Virus record (IMG/VR): IMGVR_UViG_3300025778_000070 | Span: 1 to 26,445 of that record | Length of the DNA: 26,445 nucleotides | Strand: one strand, 5' to 3' | Source of the DNA: a virus | Lineage: Duplodnaviria > Caudoviricetes | In this document: positions 21,553 to 26,445 of the stretch, in pieces | Numbering within the stretch: position 1 is the first letter of the stretch | How the letters are laid out: each line of letters starts with the position of its first letter | The notes under the pieces: generated by a model | The model's input: the letters and a program-made list of their open reading frames with translations, nothing else | Database searches by the model: none | Told to the model about the DNA's origin: nothing | Program-made: the position numbers and the translations under genes

Positions 21553-23465
21553 TATAGGCCTACCTTTGCTAAGACTTCTTGCATTGCTTGGACTAAGTAA
21601 ACAATTGCCATCGAGCTATCAACAGATTGATAAATTGGCTTTCCTGCCTCATCAACACCATTAGGACTTCCTGCCACAGCAGTAGGAATCACTGTTTGCA
21701 ACTCGTCAGCAATAAAGCCTACATCTGCTTCATTGTTTGAGTTCCAAGTAAATGATCTAGGTGTCAATTCTTTGATCTTAGCTATGCCTTCACCTGATGT
21801 CAGATTAGCAATGTTTGACTTGAGTCTACGATCAGAAGTTGTTCCATAAGTTGTAGTTGTGCCATTTGTGCTGATTGCACCTACTGGAGTGACTGAACTT
21901 GGTGAGCCATAGCCAAAAAATGCCAAATTACTACCAGTGCTTGCTACTACTGAAGCAATTGCATTACTTGTTGAACCACCAACATAAGCACCAAAAGCAT
22001 TGGTTGAAGATGTTGTTGTCTGGGTATACAACTCAACAGTGTTAGCAAACGTACTTGCAGAACCAAAATAAGATGCTCCAGTGATTGCTAAACCACCAGA
22101 ATAACTGTTACCAACAGCACACACAGATGCTAGGCTAGGCACAGTTCCAGTTGGAGTAGTCCACTGACCAGCATTATTTAGATAAGTGGTAGTTGATCCT
22201 GCTGGTGCTGTAATTCCATAACTTCCCCAGTTAAACGTGCCAGTTAAATAAAAACTAGACCAAGCATAACTTGATGCTCCTAAGGTCAAGGCATTGTTAC
22301 TAGCAGGAATGAATGAGGAGTTGTACAAGTACACCTGAGTAGTATTGTTGCCAATTCCAATGGTGCTTGCTGATGCTCCAATTCCATAAGTAGTACCAGC
22401 AGGACCACTAGAGCTAACACCTACACCAACACCACCAAACGTAGAGTTAGTCGTAGTGGTAATTCCACCAGAATAGGTGTTGCCAGCAGTTGCTACTTGT
22501 TGCAATGTAGGAGTTGTGGCTGTCACAGTAGCCCACGTTCCATCACCTCTTAAATAGGTGCTAGATGAGGCTGTGCCAGTTCCTAGATTAGCAGTAGGCA
22601 CTTGGCCTGACCAACTTACAGAAAGTGTGCCATTCGAGGTTAAAGGGCTTCCTGAGACTGAGAATCCAGTAGGCATGGATAAACCAACTGAAGTCAAACC
22701 TGTGCCTGATCCACTTGGAACTACCCAAGCTCCTTGGTTGTTTAAGAACTTGGTAGCATCACCAGTGGATGTGTTTGGAGCTGTAATGGTTGCGTTGCTC
22801 CAATAGAACGTACCAGCTACACCTAAAGATGACCACAATGAAGCAGGAGCACCTAAAGCTATGCCACTGTTACTTGATGATCCATTTGAATAAGGTAAGA
22901 ATGCAGAACCTGACAAAAGGACTGTGTAAGGTGTGCTTCCACCAAAGTTGCTTTGGATACCAACATAATTACCTGTTGAAGTAATACCATAAACAGTAGT
23001 ACCTGATGGAGCATTTAATTGGTTACCAATACCTACACCACCAAAGGAGGCATTACCAGTTAAGGTGTTAGACCAAATACCATCACCACGAACAAATGAT
23101 GCGTTATTAGGTGTTCCACTAGCTAGATTAGCCACAGGCACTTGACCTGACCAAGTCACTGCTAAAGTTCCACTTGTCGTAATGGGTGAGCCTGAAACTG
23201 CTAAACCTGTTGGAACACTCAGAGCAACTGAGGTAACTGTGCCAGTTCCACCACCACCTCCTGATGGTGTTGCCCAAGTTCCATCATTTCTTAAAAAAGT
23301 GGTAGTTGAGCCAGTAGGAGCTGTGATTGTATATCCACCCCACACAGCAGTTGCGAATGTAATAGAGTTATTAGGAAAAGTGCCATTGTAGACAGTTGCA
23401 TTAACGTCATTGAGCCATGATGCTCGTATGACTGTTGATCCATCAATAAAAGTTGTGCTAGCCAT
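21552..23465 (-). CDS. Tail fibre with C-terminal intramolecular chaperone (Peptidase S74)
   Basis: Gly/Ser/Thr-rich, repeated (F/Y)LR.DG.W motifs, TSDRRLKSNI...GFIADE...P.AV; start at ATG 23465 (TAATG overlap). Confidence 0.88.
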   Translation of the reverse strand: MASTTFIDGSTVIRASWLNDVNATVYNGTFPNNSITFATAVWGGYTITAPTGSTTTFLRNDGTWATPSGGGGGTGTVTSVALSVPTGLAVSGSPITTSGTLAVTWSGQVPVANLASGTPNNASFVRGDGIWSNTLTGNASFGGVGIGNQLNAPSGTTVYGITSTGNYVGIQSNFGGSTPYTVLLSGSAFLPYSNGSSSNSGIALGAPASLWSSLGVAGTFYWSNATITAPNTSTGDATKFLNNQGAWVVPSGSGTGLTSVGLSMPTGFSVSGSPLTSNGTLSVSWSGQVPTANLGTGTASSSTYLRGDGTWATVTATTPTLQQVATAGNTYSGGITTTTNSTFGGVGVGVSSSGPAGTTYGIGASASTIGIGNNTTQVYLYNSSFIPASNNALTLGASSYAWSSFYLTGTFNWGSYGITAPAGSTTTYLNNAGQWTTPTGTVPSLASVCAVGNSYSGGLAITGASYFGSASTFANTVELYTQTTTSSTNAFGAYVGGSTSNAIASVVASTGSNLAFFGYGSPSSVTPVGAISTNGTTTTYGTTSDRRLKSNIANLTSGEGIAKIKELTPRSFTWNSNNEADVGFIADELQTVIPTAVAGSPNGVDEAGKPIYQSVDSSMAIVYLVQAMQEVLAKVGL

Positions 23466-24433
23466 TAAATAAAGCCTCCATGCAAAATCCAACCAGCATC
23501 ACGAGTCTTGGTTGAGGTTAATACGTTGTCGTACCTTGCCAAAATGGGAGGTCTCATATTAGTTCTCTTGACTGTGCTCTTGCCTGTCATTGCATTCTTC
23601 TGAATCATTGCAATCTGAGTAGCACTAGCCTTGCCATACATAGGCATCAAATACTCTGCTAGATTCCACCTCAAAGCCATGTTATAGCCCTCTGGCAATG
23701 CAATAACATCGTACATTGTTGTGAATCGAGTAAAGATGTTGTCAGCAAACAAGTGGACTTCACCTTGACTAGGATTAGGCCACAAAAAGATGTTTCCTAG
23801 TGTCTCTGTAGGCTGATAATAGACTGCTTTAGGCCAAGGACCATTGAGTGTTTTAAGCCCAATCATCTCGTATTCTTCAACATTGAGCACTGAAACTGGG
23901 TAATCTAATCTACCTCCAGTGATGGCAACACCATTGGAATTGGTGTTTACCCCTACAAAAGCACTATTAATGGTCAATGGTCTCTTGTAATAGCCCACAA
24001 TCGTAGTAGATGGCACGTTTTGGCTGACATTGAGCAGATATGTGCCAGCTTCAAGGATTTGTCCACCAGCTCCAGTGCCAAATCCAACAATCGTAGTTCC
24101 TGCAATGATTCCTGTGCCTTGCAAGACCATATTCATGGATATAGCACCAGAATTGATGGAGGAAACAGTTAGGATATTGCCATTGATTGAGCCAACAAAG
24201 TTAGCCTGAATTGATCCAGTTGGACCTATTGAGTATTGGGTTTGGCCTTGAGTGACATTGAAGACGATTTCAGTCTTGTAGTAGACCATTTGAGACTCGT
24301 TAGACCATTGATCTAACATGTCTAATAGCATGTCAAAAGCATCTTGGGCAGATTCTGGTGTGGGAATCTCCCCTGCCTCAAGTGCTCCAATGTCCTTGAG
24401 TGCTCTGCTAACAATGTCAATAGGCATCACCAT
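23465..24433 (-). CDS. P22 gp4-like head-to-tail adaptor with inserted beta domain
   Basis: [23 protein letters not shown]...L.DM.DQW.NE N-terminus; LPEGY..ALRWNLA..L.P.YG C-terminus. Confidence 0.8.
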   Translation of the reverse strand: MVMPIDIVSRALKDIGALEAGEIPTPESAQDAFDMLLDMLDQWSNESQMVYYKTEIVFNVTQGQTQYSIGPTGSIQANFVGSINGNILTVSSINSGAISMNMVLQGTGIIAGTTIVGFGTGAGGQILEAGTYLLNVSQNVPSTTIVGYYKRPLTINSAFVGVNTNSNGVAITGGRLDYPVSVLNVEEYEMIGLKTLNGPWPKAVYYQPTETLGNIFLWPNPSQGEVHLFADNIFTRFTTMYDVIALPEGYNMALRWNLAEYLMPMYGKASATQIAMIQKNAMTGKSTVKRTNMRPPILARYDNVLTSTKTRDAGWILHGGFI

Positions 24434-24436
24434 ACT

Positions 24437-24739
24437 TTAGCCCCCAAAAGGTTTGAAAGTGTTGAAAACCCAAGGCAAAGCAGTTTTATCCTTTTGCACT
24501 AGCTGTTTTTCTAGATTTGATTGTATGATATTTACACCATCTTGGGTAGTTTCTGCCACTATCCAATCAATAATATTTTGCTCTTTTACCTCTGCCAAAG
24601 GTGTTTTAAGCTCTGGATTGGTAAATTGATGTGTGCCTTGTTGCTCAACTGTATTTGTACCATCAGTTAAAGACACAAAAAACTCAGCATGGGTAATCAA
24701 ATCCCCATCAGTTTCTATTGATAGTATTTTGAAGTTCAT
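24437..24739 (-). CDS. Tail-fibre-associated hypothetical protein
   Basis: P..EV.EQ.IIDW...LPW pattern, next to tail fibre genes. Confidence 0.65.
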   Translation of the reverse strand: MNFKILSIETDGDLITHAEFFVSLTDGTNTVEQQGTHQFTNPELKTPLAEVKEQNIIDWIVAETTQDGVNIIQSNLEKQLVQKDKTALPWVFNTFKPFGG

Positions 24740-25260
24740 GGTGTTGGAGTAGGTGTAGGAGCTACATAATTAGGATCGTGAGGCCAAATAACTGTACTAG
24801 CAGTAATTAGGCTAGAAATGTCTGTACTTGCATTGATGGCTGTTTTTGTACTTGATGCCAATGTCCTGACTGACTCTCTCCAAGTCTTCCAGTTGTCAGC
24901 CATAGCAGTACCTGTCTCAAGAGCTTTGATGCTCATGTAATCAGTTGGAGACAACAAAGAAAATGCTTGTTGGTCAATGGCTGATGTTGCGTTGGCTTTC
25001 AAACCAGCTAAGTCTTTAGGTGTTGAAGTGAAATTAATGTCCACCACGTTTCCATTAACTGTTGGTGCAGACTCTGTAACCCAATAATACTTATCGTCTG
25101 GCCTAGCACCATAAACCACTTCCATCACACCCAAGGCATTCTTTTCTTCTTGGGTTGCTAGTTGAAACCAGTTGTTAGCGTAGGTCACATCATTAACTGT
25201 GAACTGACTACCCTCTTGGATAATCTGTTGTACTGTGTTGTCTTTTACGATTGCAAACAT
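24736..25260 (-). CDS. Tail fibre assembly chaperone-like protein
   Basis: Y..NW......EEK..LG, YYWV, L.PTDY...KA.E.G......W..WR..VR, WP.DP; AAGGAG RBS. Confidence 0.7.
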   Translation of the reverse strand: MFAIVKDNTVQQIIQEGSQFTVNDVTYANNWFQLATQEEKNALGVMEVVYGARPDDKYYWVTESAPTVNGNVVDINFTSTPKDLAGLKANATSAIDQQAFSLLSPTDYMSIKALETGTAMADNWKTWRESVRTLASSTKTAINASTDISSLITASTVIWPHDPNYVAPTPTPTP

Positions 25261-25269
25261 GATTGCTCC

Positions 25270-26445
25270 TTAGAATGCGTTACTGTAAGCAAATGGATTT
25301 GATGCAAAGGCGGCATAAATGTAGGTATAGCCACTTAAATTAGTGTCGCCACCATTGTAGTCACCAACTAATTGAAATCCATTTGATAGACCATTGATAC
25401 CATTTGAACCTGTTGATGCCTCAGCGTTTGAACTATTGGGTTGCAATCTTAATGCTTCAAGATTGTATGGACTTCTTGATGTGTCAAATACTGTCCAACT
25501 ACCGCCACCACTAGGGCCTGACAATCTAACCATTACCCATTTAGGTTGAAATCCAGTATAAATAAATTGATTAGATGAATTACCAGAATAAGTACCAAAC
25601 GAACTAAACCCAGCTACTGGTGCGAAACAATATGAAACAACATTGTCTCCATTTGTATACCAAGACGATCCAATCGAAAATACTGATGATGTGGGCGTAG
25701 TGTTATTCCAAACATTTTCAACGTCTGGAACGGCAGATGAGTTTAATATTGCACGTTTTGTATTTCCAAGTGAAACATGATAAACATCCCAATTATATGT
25801 TCCGCTTGTTCTGTCTTTTTGGATAATCATTTGTGGAACTGCACCAAGTCCATGCCCTATTGTTCCACTTCCGTTATATGTCCAAGTAACAACACTAAAC
25901 CCAGCAGTAGTGCTTACAGATACTGTTGAAGTAATTGATCCATTGGTGTTTGAACTTGATGAACCAGCACCAGCTTGCCATTGCCATGCAACATAACTAT
26001 CTGAGGCAAAGTTCAAACCTTGATCTGAACCAAGTGTAAAACCATTGCTATTAAAAGCCGTCACACCACTTTCAGTTGTTTCCGCAGTAGTATTATTGCT
26101 ATACAATGCTTTTGATACACCCCTGACAGCATCAAAAAGCCTGTTATTAAGTGCTGAGGTTCTATCTTTACCCCAAACCAAATCAGGTTTAAACCCACCA
26201 GCATTTGTAATTGATTGAGTTGAGCTATTACCAGTATACAAAGTAGCATCCATATACTTATTACCCTGTGCAATAGTAGGTGTGGGTAAGTTGTATGTGT
26301 TGAGTGCGTTATATCCTGATGGTGGTGTGTAAGTAAATGGTTGTTGACCAAAGTTTGCAGTACCTGTTGATGCACCACCACTTGTCCGTGTGGACATGGT
26401 AAAGAAATATGTTCCTGATGTTAAACCTGTAAATGCAGTACCTTG
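25270..26445 (-). CDS. Large virion/receptor-binding protein, C-terminal part (SPRY/ConA-like end plus repeated beta domains); 5' end outside the window
   Basis: The frame stays open to the right edge (QGTAFTGLTSGTYFFTM...); ANFGQQPF.YTPPSG, YTGN, FKPDLVW.K.R, YVAWQW.AG, GHGLGAVP.MII.K.R, YTGFQPKWVM, YIYAAFA. Confidence 0.8.
   Translation of the reverse strand, partial: QGTAFTGLTSGTYFFTMSTRTSGGASTGTANFGQQPFTYTPPSGYNALNTYNLPTPTIAQGNKYMDATLYTGNSSTQSITNAGGFKPDLVWGKDRTSALNNRLFDAVRGVSKALYSNNTTAETTESGVTAFNSNGFTLGSDQGLNFASDSYVAWQWQAGAGSSSSNTNGSITSTVSVSTTAGFSVVTWTYNGSGTIGHGLGAVPQMIIQKDRTSGTYNWDVYHVSLGNTKRAILNSSAVPDVENVWNNTTPTSSVFSIGSSWYTNGDNVVSYCFAPVAGFSSFGTYSGNSSNQFIYTGFQPKWVMVRLSGPSGGGSWTVFDTSRSPYNLEALRLQPNSSNAEASTGSNGINGLSNGFQLVGDYNGGDTNLSGYTYIYAAFASNPFAYSNAF

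Noticed and set aside
10183-23391. Plus-strand ORFs opposite the lysis and virion genes
   Set aside because: Antisense shadows produced by codon bias of the real genes.
21552-26445. Diversity-generating retroelement acting on the tail fibres
   Set aside because: No reverse transcriptase in the window and no near-identical TR/VR pair differing at adenines seen; the fibre repeats are old and diverged at all bases.
1-26445. Stop-codon reassignment
   Set aside because: Genes tile densely in the standard code, and TAA, TGA and TAG are all used as stops.

Overview
About 26 kb (roughly 40% GC) of a tailed dsDNA phage with a P22-like short-tail (podovirus) virion module. The spanins and lipoproteins indicate a Gram-negative host. 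A compact divergent control region at about 6040-6430 holds two sigma70-like promoters, three 16-bp operators, a leaderless Cro-like gene and no CI. Leftward it drives small early genes, ERF, a YqaJ exonuclease, an SSB-like protein, GroES, small basic proteins, terS and terL (cut by the left edge). Rightward it drives a structured RNA, a YdaU/DUF1376 initiator with internal iterons, an ABC-ATPase-GNAT fusion, RusA and a Zn/HNH-like nuclease. From the right edge on the minus strand come tail-fibre genes, gp4-, gp10-, gp26-, gp14- and gp7/20/16-like genes, a C1q-tipped fibre and an expanded lysis cassette (GH19 endolysin, Rz/Rz1, extra membrane and lipoproteins). The most notable signals are four. 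(1) A complete alpha/beta-hydrolase (esterase) domain is inserted in the gp10-like tail hub. (2) CCNGG, GCNGC and CCG/CGG are almost purged; surviving CCNGG/GCNGC sites sit at Pro-Gly or Ala-Ala codons, often inside local GC-rich islands. (3) A C4-like cloverleaf RNA has a loop complementary to repeats over the initiator RBS. (4) The ABC-ATPase-GNAT fusion sits where a helicase or loader is expected. All family calls are by-eye motif recognition; no database searches were run.
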